DNA of 64,000 nucleotides, from positions 32,001 to 96,000 of IMG/VR virus record IMGVR_UViG_3300028920_000045, one strand, 5' to 3'. This document shows, one piece after another, positions 18,230 to 28,601 of this stretch; positions within the stretch are counted from its first letter, which is position 1; each line of letters begins with the position of its first letter. The stretch is from a virus. The notes under the pieces are model-generated. The model was not told the DNA's origin, did not search any database, and was given only the letters and a program-made list of their open reading frames with translations. Made by a program: the position numbers and the translations under genes.

Positions 18230-19369
18230 ATGCCGGTCGAGCAGTGGAAGGCAACGGTCACGGCGAACGACGACCCCCAGAAGAGGGGTCGGATTCGGGT
18301 GACGTGTCCTGCTCTCCTGGACGCGGACGACGACGAAGCCGCTGTCCGAGAGGGAGAGCACCCGGAACCTCCGGAGCTGCCCGACTGGATCGATCCCTCG
18401 TTCTTCTTCGCGGCTAACTACACAGGACGGACGAGCGCCGAGGGACAGTTCACCGAGACGAACCAGCCTGCCGGGTTCTTCTTCGTCCCTCGCATCGGTG
18501 ACCAGGTCGTGATCGAAATTGACACCGACGCCGACGACCTGGAACTCGAAGAGAGAATGACCTGGAGGTTCGCCCTCTACCCGACGACCGACGACGTCCC
18601 GTCTATTTTTCAAGGGGTCTTCTCCGACGAGATCGACGAGAGAACACAGGACCTCTTGTATACCCGGATCTGGGGGTTCTTCTCGTACGAAGGTCACGGC
18701 CTGCTCATGCTCGACGTCCCAGCTAATCAGGGCGGGACTCTCTTCCTGGTCCAGAACGCACAGACGACGTCTCCTGGTCTTTCCCCCGAGCGGTTCCTGG
18801 TTATGGGGGAGATGGACGGATTCGACGACCCGGTCTTCGCAGTGATCGACAGGAACCAGAACGAGATCTCAATCGAGGAGAGCGGCAGGATCATCCTCAA
18901 CTCGGCAATCTACGGGGGGACTCTCTACTTCGACGACAAGATCGTCGGACTATATTCCGAATATGGGTCCGGACATGAGCTAGAGATGGTCACCGATCCC
19001 GGTGCCGGTGAGGATTATATTCGGATGCTCCACCGGAACGGAGGGGTTGAGTTCTACCTGGACGAAGACCGGATCTTTATGGAGGACTCTCTCGGTGAAG
19101 TGGTCGAGCTAAACACCTCCGGAGGTCCGTCGCAGATCTATATCGGGTCCAGTGCGACCGAGCCTCTCGTCCTGGGGACTCAACTCCAGACGATCCTCAA
19201 TTCGATCATGACCTTTCTCTTGACCCACGTACACGAAGGACCAGGACACGCCCCGCCCGATGGGTTCACCGGAGGACTCGGAACGGTGTCCGCTTCGGGA
19301 TGGGCGACCTTGACCGCTCTGATCGCCGGGACCACTTGGCTCTCGGACTTGGCAAAGACGAAGAAGTGA
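18230..19369 (+). CDS. baseplate central spike (gp5/gpV OB-fold, beta-helix, HxH apex)
   Basis: DDPQKRGRIRV, FFFVPRIGDQVVI, C-terminal THVHE. Confidence 0.88.
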   Translation: MPVEQWKATVTANDDPQKRGRIRVTCPALLDADDDEAAVREGEHPEPPELPDWIDPSFFFAANYTGRTSAEGQFTETNQPAGFFFVPRIGDQVVIEIDTDADDLELEERMTWRFALYPTTDDVPSIFQGVFSDEIDERTQDLLYTRIWGFFSYEGHGLLMLDVPANQGGTLFLVQNAQTTSPGLSPERFLVMGEMDGFDDPVFAVIDRNQNEISIEESGRIILNSAIYGGTLYFDDKIVGLYSEYGSGHELEMVTDPGAGEDYIRMLHRNGGVEFYLDEDRIFMEDSLGEVVELNTSGGPSQIYIGSSATEPLVLGTQLQTILNSIMTFLLTHVHEGPGHAPPDGFTGGLGTVSASGWATLTALIAGTTWLSDLAKTKK

Positions 19370-19420
19370 TCGTATCATGCAGACCTGGTTAGACCCCAGG
19401 TCAGGAAGAGGAGGAAGAAG

Positions 19421-19873
19421 ATGTCCGACGAGACGAAGACCGAGACCGCCCCGACCTTCCAGGACGTTGCGAAGGCCGCGCCCGACTTCGACGAGGATTC
19501 CCTCGACTCGTACTGCGAGCGGGTCCGCGCGACCTTCTCCCAGTTCAAGGACGGGCTCCGGGAGAAGAACGAGGAGGTCACGCCTCTCGGGAAGCTCCCG
19601 AAGCCCCCGAAGTACTCCGGCAACGACATCCCCCGGGTCTCGACCTGGAGACTCTGGCTCAAGCGGGTGTACGCCTCATTCGTGATCGTCGAGAACGATT
19701 ACGAGGGCAAGAAGTACAAGATGCCCATGAGCGACGACGGGAAGGAGATCACCTTCGACCCGAGCAAGGTGGTCGAGGTCAAGGAAGGCTGGATCGCCAA
19801 GCACAAGGGCTTCGGGATCGAGTTCTACAAGCCGACCTGGTCCCCCCTCGTCCTCGGGACCGTGGACAAGTAG
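19421..19873 (+). CDS. hypothetical protein
   Basis: Strong SD (gaggagg); highly biased codon usage. Confidence 0.75.
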   Translation: MSDETKTETAPTFQDVAKAAPDFDEDSLDSYCERVRATFSQFKDGLREKNEEVTPLGKLPKPPKYSGNDIPRVSTWRLWLKRVYASFVIVENDYEGKKYKMPMSDDGKEITFDPSKVVEVKEGWIAKHKGFGIEFYKPTWSPLVLGTVDK

Positions 19874-19882
19874 GGGGTCGAC

Positions 19883-20470
19883 GTGACCCAGGAGAAGAAG
19901 AGAGGTCGACTCGGACAGGTCGCCTCGGTGATTGCGTCGGTCGCCGCTCTGGTCGTCGCACTCACGACGGCCTGGACCTCGGTCGCCCCCACCGTGGTCG
20001 AGGACCAGGAGAAGAAGGTCCAGGCCCAGGGGGAGAAGGTCGATCAGTTCTATGCCCTCTTCCGGACCGTGGTCGAGGAGCAGAGGGCGACCATTCGTCT
20101 CCTCCTGGACGAACTCCGGGCAGCTCGTCGGGGGGAGACACCCGTCGAGGTCTCGGCCGGGGTGGGGATGGTCACGACCGGAGGTGGTCGTCGAGTTCGG
20201 GCCGCTCCCCGGGTTCGGTCCGGGTCGCCCCCCAGGGTGACCTCGACTCCGTCTTCTCCCCCTCCGGACCCCGAGATCGAAGAGGTCGGGGAGAGCGAGA
20301 CAGCCCAGGAGGGGCGATCTCCGGACTGGACCCCTCTCCCTCCGTCCCTGGAGCAGTACGTCCAGGAGAGACGACCTCCGGGCGTCCTGGCCCCCGTTCC
20401 GGGTCCTTCCCCAGACGCGGGAGCCGTCGAGACCGAGGTCGAGGCCCCTCCGAGGGTCGAGGAGGAGTAG
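19883..20470 (+). CDS. membrane-anchored protein with coiled coil and Pro-rich tail
   Basis: N-terminal hydrophobic helix VASVIASVAALVVALTTAW. Confidence 0.65.
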   Translation: MTQEKKRGRLGQVASVIASVAALVVALTTAWTSVAPTVVEDQEKKVQAQGEKVDQFYALFRTVVEEQRATIRLLLDELRAARRGETPVEVSAGVGMVTTGGGRRVRAAPRVRSGSPPRVTSTPSSPPPDPEIEEVGESETAQEGRSPDWTPLPPSLEQYVQERRPPGVLAPVPGPSPDAGAVETEVEAPPRVEEE

Positions 20471-20471
20471 G

Positions 20472-20864
20472 ATGGCCGAGCCCCAGGGAGTGAGTCTCCC
20501 GGCTCGACTCACCGGAGAAGGTGGGTTCGTCTGGGTCACCGGAGAGGACTTCGTCCGGGAGATCGTGGTCCGGGCCGTGAGCCCGAATTACTCGGACAAC
20601 CCCTTCGAGTCGATCCCGATGGACGAGGACGCAGTATTCAAGATGGACGACCCCTCGACCAGAGTCCGGGTCCTCGACGCACTCCGTCGGGGGTTTGCCT
20701 ACCTGGAACGGATCGGACTGGCCCGAGCCACCGGGACCCGTCCCTTCGTCTTCCGTGAGACCGGAGTCGAGGGAGAGGCCGAGGTCCAGGTCTCGTACAC
20801 GAACCTCAAGACCCAGGACCCCGGAGTCCTCACTCGTCGACTCCGGTTCTCCTCGACGACGTAG
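20472..20864 (+). CDS. baseplate wedge gp25/W-like sheath initiator
   Basis: 130 aa immediately before baseplate J; GVSLPARL start and VQVSYTNL end. Confidence 0.65.
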   Translation: MAEPQGVSLPARLTGEGGFVWVTGEDFVREIVVRAVSPNYSDNPFESIPMDEDAVFKMDDPSTRVRVLDALRRGFAYLERIGLARATGTRPFVFRETGVEGEAEVQVSYTNLKTQDPGVLTRRLRFSSTT

Positions 20865-20873
20865 GGTGAGATC

Positions 20874-23048
20874 ATGGCGACGGTAACCGTTCCCTCGTTT
20901 CGATTCGCGGTCTTCTTCTACGCGGAGATCCTCTCCGAACTCCGGGCGTACCTCCGGATCAACGTCCCGGAGCTGTCAACCGAGAACGATTACGAACTCG
21001 CCGTCCAGATGCTCAAGTCCTTCGCCCTGGTCGGACACCTCAACTCGGTCCATACCGACGCAGCGGCGAACGAGGCCGTCTTCGGGACGGCGAAACTCCT
21101 GGAGTCCGTCCGACAGCACCTCAAGTTGATCGGGGTTGAGCCCGACACGGCGACCCCCGCCGTCTCGTACATCTTCGCCCGATTGACCAAGGTCTTCGAC
21201 GCGACGACCGAGGTGGTCCCTCCCTACTCCCAATTTGCGACCGCACCGACCGCCGACTCCGTCGGGGTCGTCTTCGAGTACAACGACGACGAGGCCCTCT
21301 CGGTTTCCAGGACCGACGAACTCTCGGCCGTCTTCTCGGACAACGGGGGAACCTTCACCGACTACACAACCGAGGCGGTCTCGGGTGCGTCGTGGTCTCC
21401 CTGGCCGACGGTCGAGGCTCAAGACGCGGTGTACTTCGGTCACGACTCGATCATCTTCTCCGGGTTCGTGGCCGACGTCGACACGGCCGGGGCGGATTAC
21501 GACGGGGTCTGGGAGTTCTATGCCGGGTCCCTGGGGTATCCCTACAGCAACCCCTCGGACGTAACGGACCTCGGGTCGACTCTCCGCTTCGACCTCGACG
21601 GAACCCTCGGGTCCTCGAAAGCAACCGGATCTTTGATCCGAGTCCAGTACAACCCGACGGGTGCGTACGAGGATGTCGAGTCACAGTGGGACGGGGTCCA
21701 TAACTATATCGAGACGTCGACCCTCCTGGGTCAGTCGTCGCCGTCAACCGAAGAGTCCGACTACACGGTCGGGAGCGAGTGGCTCCGGGTCTTCCAGGTT
21801 TCCGACGAGTCCTCTGGGTTCAAGTCGGACGGAGAGGGGTCGGTCTTCTTCGTCCCGGGAAGCTACGTCCTCCCGTACATTCAGCCCGGGACGGTCAACG
21901 GTGTCGAGGCGTACTGGTTCCGATACCGGGTGACCGAGGTCGGTGGCGCTCCGACCGGACCAGACCTCCAGGAGATCGCCCTCTCCGGGCAGTACCAGAT
22001 CATCCGATTCGAGGTGACGCAGGGGCAACGGATCGTCCAGGAACCTCTCGCCGCCGGGACGGGGACGGCGAGTCAACAGTACACCCTCGCCCGGACGTCG
22101 TACATCGGGGGGACTCTCCTGATCACCGTCGACCCGGGGACCGGAGCCCAGGACTGGGAAGAGGTCGACAACTTCCTCAACTCCACCTCGACCGACCGAC
22201 ACTTCACCGTCGAGGTCGGTCAAGACGACATCGTTCTTGTCACCTTCGGGAACGGAGACAACGGGGCAATCCCTCCCGTCGGTTCCGTGATCAATGCCTA
22301 TTATCGGATCGGTGCCGACGTCGACGGGAACGTGGCGGCGGGGAGTATCACGATCAACCGATCCGGTGTCCCCTACCTCGGAGACATCGCCTCCGGTCCT
22401 GGGGTCGGATGGAAACCTGCCCGGGGGTCGGACGCCGAGGACCTGGAGAAGCTCAAGATCGAGGGACCGGCCGAGATCCGGACTCTGGGGAAGGCCGTCA
22501 CCGTCGACGACTTCTCCGTCGTCTCCCTCGACTACCAGAACTCCCTCGGTGCGAAACCGATCTCCCGAGCGTACGCCATCTTCGAGGAACTCGGACCGAA
22601 GACCGTGGGTCTTCACCTCGTCGCCTCGGGTGGGAACTTCCTCACGGCCGACGTCCTGGAGGACGTGGAGAAGTGGTACAACGGGGACGACGATCTCGAT
22701 TACGACACCCGGGTCCTCATGGGGTACCAGGTCGGAGCCCAGAACTATCGACGGAAGACGATCACCGTCGAGGCCACGGTCAAGGCCCGGGGTGTGACCC
22801 AGGGTCAGATCAAGGCAGCTCTCCAGACATTCCTCAACCCACTGGCGACCCACGACGACGGGGTCACCTGGAGATGGGACTTCGGAGAGAAGGTCCCCAC
22901 GTCGAAGATCATCGGAGCAATCGACGGAGTCGCACCGGACAAGATCGAGGAAGTGACCTTGACCGTCCCTGCCTCCGACGTGTATCTGGACCCGGACGAG
23001 CTGCCGTGGGTCACGAACGCGGACCTCACGATCACGGTCGTCGAGTAG
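20874..23048 (+). CDS. baseplate J-like wedge protein with inserted domains
   Basis: TFGNGDNGAIP, YRIG...GNV, KAVTVDDF, FLNPL...WDFG. Confidence 0.9.
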   Translation: MATVTVPSFRFAVFFYAEILSELRAYLRINVPELSTENDYELAVQMLKSFALVGHLNSVHTDAAANEAVFGTAKLLESVRQHLKLIGVEPDTATPAVSYIFARLTKVFDATTEVVPPYSQFATAPTADSVGVVFEYNDDEALSVSRTDELSAVFSDNGGTFTDYTTEAVSGASWSPWPTVEAQDAVYFGHDSIIFSGFVADVDTAGADYDGVWEFYAGSLGYPYSNPSDVTDLGSTLRFDLDGTLGSSKATGSLIRVQYNPTGAYEDVESQWDGVHNYIETSTLLGQSSPSTEESDYTVGSEWLRVFQVSDESSGFKSDGEGSVFFVPGSYVLPYIQPGTVNGVEAYWFRYRVTEVGGAPTGPDLQEIALSGQYQIIRFEVTQGQRIVQEPLAAGTGTASQQYTLARTSYIGGTLLITVDPGTGAQDWEEVDNFLNSTSTDRHFTVEVGQDDIVLVTFGNGDNGAIPPVGSVINAYYRIGADVDGNVAAGSITINRSGVPYLGDIASGPGVGWKPARGSDAEDLEKLKIEGPAEIRTLGKAVTVDDFSVVSLDYQNSLGAKPISRAYAIFEELGPKTVGLHLVASGGNFLTADVLEDVEKWYNGDDDLDYDTRVLMGYQVGAQNYRRKTITVEATVKARGVTQGQIKAALQTFLNPLATHDDGVTWRWDFGEKVPTSKIIGAIDGVAPDKIEEVTLTVPASDVYLDPDELPWVTNADLTITVVE

Positions 23049-23058
23049 GAGCGGCCCG

Positions 23059-24552
23059 ATGGCGAACGAAGAGTCCTTCGAGAGAGACGCCTATCGGTTC
23101 CTGCCCTTCTTCACCCGGAGGGAGGACCAGGACAAGGGGGGCTCTCTCCTCCGTCGGATCTTCGGGGCGGTCAATTCCGTCTGGGACCAGGTCGCGGACA
23201 AGATCGAAGAGATCAGAACTCTCCCGGACCCGACACAGGCTCCGGTCGAGACCCTCAAGCACCGGATGTCCCTGGTCGGCTTCGGTGGACCATTCTCGCA
23301 CGTCTGGTCGGCTCTCGGTGAAGAGGACCTCCGTCGTCTCCTCTTCGCGGCTGTCCCTCTCTGGAGGGCGTCGGGAACCGTGGCCGCAATCAAGATCGCC
23401 GCCCGTCTCCTGACCGGCAAACCGATCCTTGTACGAGACTCGCACTCGTTCCTCCCGGTTTTCACGCAGAGTCCGGGGATCACCTTCGGGGTCAAGTATC
23501 GACCGAGGTACGACGAGGGTGAGTCGTTCTGGCTCGTCGGTCCGTCGACGTCGTCCCCCCACGACATCGACTCGATTGATCTTCACCTGATCGACGAGGG
23601 TCTCAACCGGACTCTCCTCACCGACCTCCTCGGGGCGATTCGGTCTGGCGGTGAGAAGATCGTGATCGTGTACGCCGACTTTGTCGAGGACTGGGAAGGG
23701 ACGGAGCTACGACCGTGGTGGGGGTACTCGTCTGGGGATGTCACGGTCGAGGACCGGTCCCTCCTCCTGGGACCGGGGGACGGTGGCGATCCGGACATGG
23801 TCGCCCTCACCGAGATCTCAACTCTGCCCTTTGGGGACTTCTACTTCTCGACCTCGTTTCTGGTCGAGAACCCGTCGGCGGTTGAGGACAGTTCGTTCAC
23901 GGTCTTTTTCCGGGTCGACCTCGACGTCTTCGGTCCTGACCCGACGGGGTACGCTCTCTTTACTCTCTGCGGGTCCGGACCGTCGGCCGTCAATCGGTTC
24001 TGGCGGTTGATCCGTTTCGAGAACGGACAACCCCCCGCCCTTCTCGCCACTGGTACTCTCGACTGGCTTGGCCCGAATCAGGAGTACCACCTCGGGATTA
24101 CTTGCCGAGAAGAAGGGGTCGGAACCAGGATTCGGATCACCATTGACGGAGTCGTGATCGACGAGGTCGACGACGCGTACTCTGGTCGTCCCCTGGAGGG
24201 GAGCTTCGTCCTAATGAATATCGAAGCCGACGCCTCCCAGACCGTTCGGGTCGGGACGACCGAAGTCCTCCGGTACCCGGGAGACGTCGGACTCGTCGGA
24301 CCGGTCCTCCAGGTCCACCCGACGAGGTACTCCCTGACCAGCGGACAGTCGGTCACCCTCCGAGCCCGGGGCGGGTCCGGGTCCTACGGATGGGACTTCG
24401 ACGAGAACAACTCCGGGGGGACCGTGACGCCCCTCGACGAAGACGAGGCCGAGTACACGGCCGGGACCGTGGTCTCCACCGTGGTCGACCTGGTCAGACT
24501 CGAAGACAACTTCGGCAACACGACGGTCGCAGAGATCACCGTCGAGCCGTAG
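23059..24552 (+). CDS. P2 gpI-like baseplate protein with lectin-like and Ig-like C-terminal domains
   Basis: LPDPTQAP...RRLL...LWRASGT; RARGGSGSYGW Ig-like repeat. Confidence 0.75.
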   Translation: MANEESFERDAYRFLPFFTRREDQDKGGSLLRRIFGAVNSVWDQVADKIEEIRTLPDPTQAPVETLKHRMSLVGFGGPFSHVWSALGEEDLRRLLFAAVPLWRASGTVAAIKIAARLLTGKPILVRDSHSFLPVFTQSPGITFGVKYRPRYDEGESFWLVGPSTSSPHDIDSIDLHLIDEGLNRTLLTDLLGAIRSGGEKIVIVYADFVEDWEGTELRPWWGYSSGDVTVEDRSLLLGPGDGGDPDMVALTEISTLPFGDFYFSTSFLVENPSAVEDSSFTVFFRVDLDVFGPDPTGYALFTLCGSGPSAVNRFWRLIRFENGQPPALLATGTLDWLGPNQEYHLGITCREEGVGTRIRITIDGVVIDEVDDAYSGRPLEGSFVLMNIEADASQTVRVGTTEVLRYPGDVGLVGPVLQVHPTRYSLTSGQSVTLRARGGSGSYGWDFDENNSGGTVTPLDEDEAEYTAGTVVSTVVDLVRLEDNFGNTTVAEITVEP

Positions 24553-24564
24553 AGGAGAGGGAAG

Positions 24565-27500
24565 ATGTCGACCGGTGACAAGCGGATCAATATGTATCCG
24601 AAGAAGGTGGCACCCGAGGACCAGATCCGAGAGGGTTGGCTTGAGTACACCCTGTCGTTGATCTCGGACAACCTCAAGGCCCTGTACCCTTCGTCCGGGT
24701 TCTTCTCGGCTCCGACGGTGGCGGCTGGTTCCGTCGAGGACACCTTCGAGATCTCGTCGTTCACCGGTCTGTACGCAGGAGACGTCGGCCGGTATTTCGA
24801 CTATGCCGGTGGAGACGAGATCCCCTTCGAGAACGCCAACACGGTCGAATACTGGGCGGCAGTACACCTCGCCCTGGTCCCGGTCCTCGACGCGACCGGA
24901 TTGGAGGGGAGTCCCGACTTCGCCACCTTCCGGTATTCCCAGCTCGAAGAGATGGTCGGGTACTTCGTCGAGCCCGACTCGGTCGTGGATACCGGGAGCG
25001 GCGTCAAGTTCTACCTCAACGACGTCCTCACCGGGAACGTCGGTTCGGGTGCCTTCGACCAGTCCGGTCGAGAAGTGTACGTCATGCTCTGGCCCGACCC
25101 GGAGAGTCTCGACCCGGCCGAGGCTTTCCAGCTCAAGACCGTCGCATGGGACACGTCGGACAACACGGTCACGACGACGAACTATCTGGGCGCGACCGGG
25201 ATCAAGGCCGCGTCCTTCTATCGGGTCTTCGTCCCGGTGTGTACGGTGTCGAAGTCGTCCCCGTCGAATCCCGCCCTCTGGACGGTCAAGATCACCGGCA
25301 ACGGCCCGACGGCCTTCCCGTCGGCCTTCGACTACTCGGGGCAGAATATCCTCGGGTTCTCCCCGGCGACGATCACCGCCGCTTTCCAGAGGGAGCACGT
25401 CCTCTCCGGGAGTGCCGACGACGGGCGGCACAAGGACGTCACCTTCGGGACCATGAGGAACCGGACCACGGCCGAGGGCGGGTCGGCAGGAAACAAGTTC
25501 TATCTTCGGTCCGTGAACTCGGGAGACGACGCAAACGAACTCTTCCGGGTCCTCAATAACGCGGGCTCGACCGTGGTCAAGATCAAGGGATCGGGTGAGA
25601 CGACCATCGAAGAGGACTTCTACCTCAACGGGGACTTCGTCCAGTTCCTCGGGAACGGAGAGAACCATTCGATCTCGGGGATCGGATCGCAACGAATCCA
25701 GCCCATGCCGTTCCTCGACTTCCGGTCCTACAGCGAGTCCCCAGACGGAAACGCGAAGGGTGTGAGCCTCGTCGTCTCGGGGTCGACGTACTCGACTCCT
25801 CGACTCATGCTCCACCTCGTTCCGTACCATCAGGGGTCGGACTTCCCGTCGGACATGGTCTGCACGGTCCACGACACGGGACTCGTCGACGTGTCCGGAG
25901 CCGCTGACTTCACGGCCGACCCGGTTCTCCCTCTCCTCTCGACCGACTCCTTCGTCGTGAGGATCGACGGGACCACGAACCGGGACGGAATTTACTCGGC
26001 CGAAGTCATTGACGCGGATACCCTCGACGTACACGAACTCGACGAGTCCTCGGTTTCCTGGTCGGGGGGTGACCAGGCAGGAACGATCACCCTCTACACG
26101 ATCAAGACGACCATCGCCTCGTACGAGACGGGGGGAGGTGGTCTCGACGTCGGGTTCCGGACGTCGTCGTACGACCCGGGCTCCGTCGGTCTCGGTTACA
26201 TGGCCGTAGACAACCCCGCCCCGGTCGGTGGGAATGAGGTCTTCGGGTACGGGTTCGCCCACGTCGACGTGGCGAGAGACGAGATCGTTTTCGCCACCGA
26301 GAGCGGGGGAGCCGCCCGAGGGTGGGCCTTCGGTGGACGGGATAACAGTCCGGTTGACCCCGCCGACACGACGGGACCGAAGGAGAGGTACATCGGTCTC
26401 GACGCCCTGGGGTACTCGGCCGAGGTCGACGACGTCCTCCTCATGACCGGAGAGGAGAACGGCGACGGTCGAGTGTACATCGGTCGCCCGGAGGAGGACT
26501 CCGCGAACTGGCCCTTCCTCCAGTTGACCGAACCGTTCCTCGTCCTCGACGTCGACAGCGGGTCGATCCTCTGGACCGACCTCCGACCGTGGGCGACCGG
26601 TCAGGACCTCGGGACGTCGTCGTACCGATGGGACGTCTTCGTCGAGGACTTCGACATCAATGGGGACGTGACCGGAGACCTGGTCCCCGTGGCTTCGTAC
26701 CAAAACCTCGGGGATGCGTCTCACGTCTGGAACCTGTATTGCGCCAACCTCTTCGGTGACGCGGGAGCGGTCACGGTCGGAGCCCACTTCGAGCCTCTCG
26801 CGTCGAGTACCTACAACCTCGGTCACAGCTCTCGTCCGTGGGCGTACGTCTACGGATGGCGGTACAACATGAGCGGAGACGTCGCCTCCCCGAATCAGGG
26901 AGGATGGACGTCTCACAACTTCCCGAACCTCGACGACACGTACGACCTCGGACGACCGGTCGGGACGGGAGCCGGTACCCGGTGGCGAGACCTTCACTGT
27001 ATGACCGGCACGTTCTACGAAACGCCCGGGACCCTCGCCATCGACTGTCGAGGTGACGCCGACATCGACGGAGACCTGGACGTCGGCGGTGACACGGTCC
27101 TCAAGGGAGACGTGACCCTCGGGTTCGCAATCGGGGACGACGTCGAGGTCCATGCAGGAGAACTCAAGCCCCTGTCTTCCGAGTCCCGGTGGCTCGGCCG
27201 AGCCCACACTAACAACGGGGGGATCACCCTCGCCCTCTGGGACATCCTCGCCTCTCGGTCGTGGTGGGTCGCAGAGAGGATGCACGTCGGGTCCGATTAC
27301 GACCGATTCGGTCCGTGGACTCCGGGCGATGATCCGGACGGCGGGATCGACGTCGAGTACCTGGTCAACCCGGCCGAGGGAAACGCACCGGGCGGGGCGT
27401 GGGGGTTCTCCTCGGTTCCGGACTGGACCCTCGGGGCCAGTGAGACCGACGAGGTCCTCTTCTTCCCGATGGGCGATCTCCCTCACGGGGCGATCCTCCG

Positions 27501-27849
27501 CTCCTTCGAGGGACGGTCCTACACGGACGGGACCCTCTCGAAATTCGACGTCGAGTTCGGGTACTGGTCGGGGGACCAGAGCAACGGATGGGCCTGGACC
27601 TCGGTCCAGACTCTCGACGTCGCCGCCATCGGTACCGGTAACCAGAACTGGTCGACCGGGTCCACCGAACCGAACGACCCGATTGACCTGTCGCAGACAC
27701 CGAGACGTCAGTACGGATTCCGGGTGATCGCTACGACCGGCGTGGGACAGTCCGCGAAGATCCTGTCCCTGGCACTCGACCTCAAGGTCGACCAGGCCGA
27801 TCCGTTCCCGGGGTTCGCTGACTACTCGACGGGTGCGAACCCGAGTTAA
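24565..27849 (+). CDS. tail fibre / receptor-binding protein
   Basis: 1094 aa after the wedge genes; DLG...RW repeats (DLGTSSYRW, NLGDASHVW, NLGHSSRPW), GDLDVGGD, aromatic C-terminal domain. Confidence 0.8.
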   Translation: MSTGDKRINMYPKKVAPEDQIREGWLEYTLSLISDNLKALYPSSGFFSAPTVAAGSVEDTFEISSFTGLYAGDVGRYFDYAGGDEIPFENANTVEYWAAVHLALVPVLDATGLEGSPDFATFRYSQLEEMVGYFVEPDSVVDTGSGVKFYLNDVLTGNVGSGAFDQSGREVYVMLWPDPESLDPAEAFQLKTVAWDTSDNTVTTTNYLGATGIKAASFYRVFVPVCTVSKSSPSNPALWTVKITGNGPTAFPSAFDYSGQNILGFSPATITAAFQREHVLSGSADDGRHKDVTFGTMRNRTTAEGGSAGNKFYLRSVNSGDDANELFRVLNNAGSTVVKIKGSGETTIEEDFYLNGDFVQFLGNGENHSISGIGSQRIQPMPFLDFRSYSESPDGNAKGVSLVVSGSTYSTPRLMLHLVPYHQGSDFPSDMVCTVHDTGLVDVSGAADFTADPVLPLLSTDSFVVRIDGTTNRDGIYSAEVIDADTLDVHELDESSVSWSGGDQAGTITLYTIKTTIASYETGGGGLDVGFRTSSYDPGSVGLGYMAVDNPAPVGGNEVFGYGFAHVDVARDEIVFATESGGAARGWAFGGRDNSPVDPADTTGPKERYIGLDALGYSAEVDDVLLMTGEENGDGRVYIGRPEEDSANWPFLQLTEPFLVLDVDSGSILWTDLRPWATGQDLGTSSYRWDVFVEDFDINGDVTGDLVPVASYQNLGDASHVWNLYCANLFGDAGAVTVGAHFEPLASSTYNLGHSSRPWAYVYGWRYNMSGDVASPNQGGWTSHNFPNLDDTYDLGRPVGTGAGTRWRDLHCMTGTFYETPGTLAIDCRGDADIDGDLDVGGDTVLKGDVTLGFAIGDDVEVHAGELKPLSSESRWLGRAHTNNGGITLALWDILASRSWWVAERMHVGSDYDRFGPWTPGDDPDGGIDVEYLVNPAEGNAPGGAWGFSSVPDWTLGASETDEVLFFPMGDLPHGAILRSFEGRSYTDGTLSKFDVEFGYWSGDQSNGWAWTSVQTLDVAAIGTGNQNWSTGSTEPNDPIDLSQTPRRQYGFRVIATTGVGQSAKILSLALDLKVDQADPFPGFADYSTGANPS

Positions 27850-27912
27850 TCGTTGACCCGGTACTAACCGTCGACAGGGGGTCGACGCGATAGGCCGAGG
27901 AGGAGAGAGAAG

Positions 27913-28581
27913 ATGTCCCAGAGCAAGTCGAAGAAGAAGAAGCGGATCGCCAAGGTCGTCGGGAAGCCCCAGAGACCGGACCCGGCAGCTCCCGTCCCGA
28001 CTCGGAGCCTCCCTCCGGGGGCGGTCCCGGTCCAGGTCCCGGCCCAGACCATGACCACCTCGGGGGACAAGGACCTCGACGGTCGGGCCGACCGTCTCCT
28101 CCGGTCCGACCCCGAGAAGATCGAGGACCCGACCCTCCGTCTCCTGATCAAGACCTGGAGACCGAAGGCACTGACCCACGCCGGTCACACCGGTCGGCTC
28201 GAAAACCTCAAGGCCCAGATCCGGGGAGCCGAGGACGAGATCCAGAAGGCCCGGGGCGGGATCTCCTCGGTCGAGGAGATGATCTTCGAGCGGCTCCGCG
28301 AGATGGACCAGGAGGAGGCCGAGGGCCAGGAGGAGACCGACGACCAGGTCGAGGAGGGGTCCCAGGACTCCCAGGACGGGCCAGGAGACGAGAACTCCCC
28401 CGAGGACGGACAGGAGGACCCCCAGGAGGAGAACGAGGCCCAGGAGGGCGAGGAGACGGCCGAGTCCACCCCGGACCCGGCCGAGACCAAGGGGGAACCC
28501 GAGACGGAGACCGAGACCGAGGACGGTGAGGTTCCGGCCGAGGAGACCGTCGACAAGACCGGGGAGGCCGAGACCGGCTGA
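27913..28581 (+). CDS. hypothetical protein: basic N-terminus, coiled coil, acidic tail
   Basis: SD gaggag; follows the fibre gene. Confidence 0.7.
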   Translation: MSQSKSKKKKRIAKVVGKPQRPDPAAPVPTRSLPPGAVPVQVPAQTMTTSGDKDLDGRADRLLRSDPEKIEDPTLRLLIKTWRPKALTHAGHTGRLENLKAQIRGAEDEIQKARGGISSVEEMIFERLREMDQEEAEGQEETDDQVEEGSQDSQDGPGDENSPEDGQEDPQEENEAQEGEETAESTPDPAETKGEPETETETEDGEVPAEETVDKTGEAETG

Positions 28582-28601
28582 CCCGGTTCCGGAGGAACGA
28601 A

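Noticed and set aside
8783-27849. Stand-alone eCIS or tailocin
   Set aside because: Head-tail joining genes, a TP901-type tape measure and a full replication module indicate a phage
11561-28592. gacccggt(t/a)c upstream of several late genes (about 11563, 27855, 28580)
   Set aside because: This word is common given the genome's composition and cannot be distinguished from chance by eye
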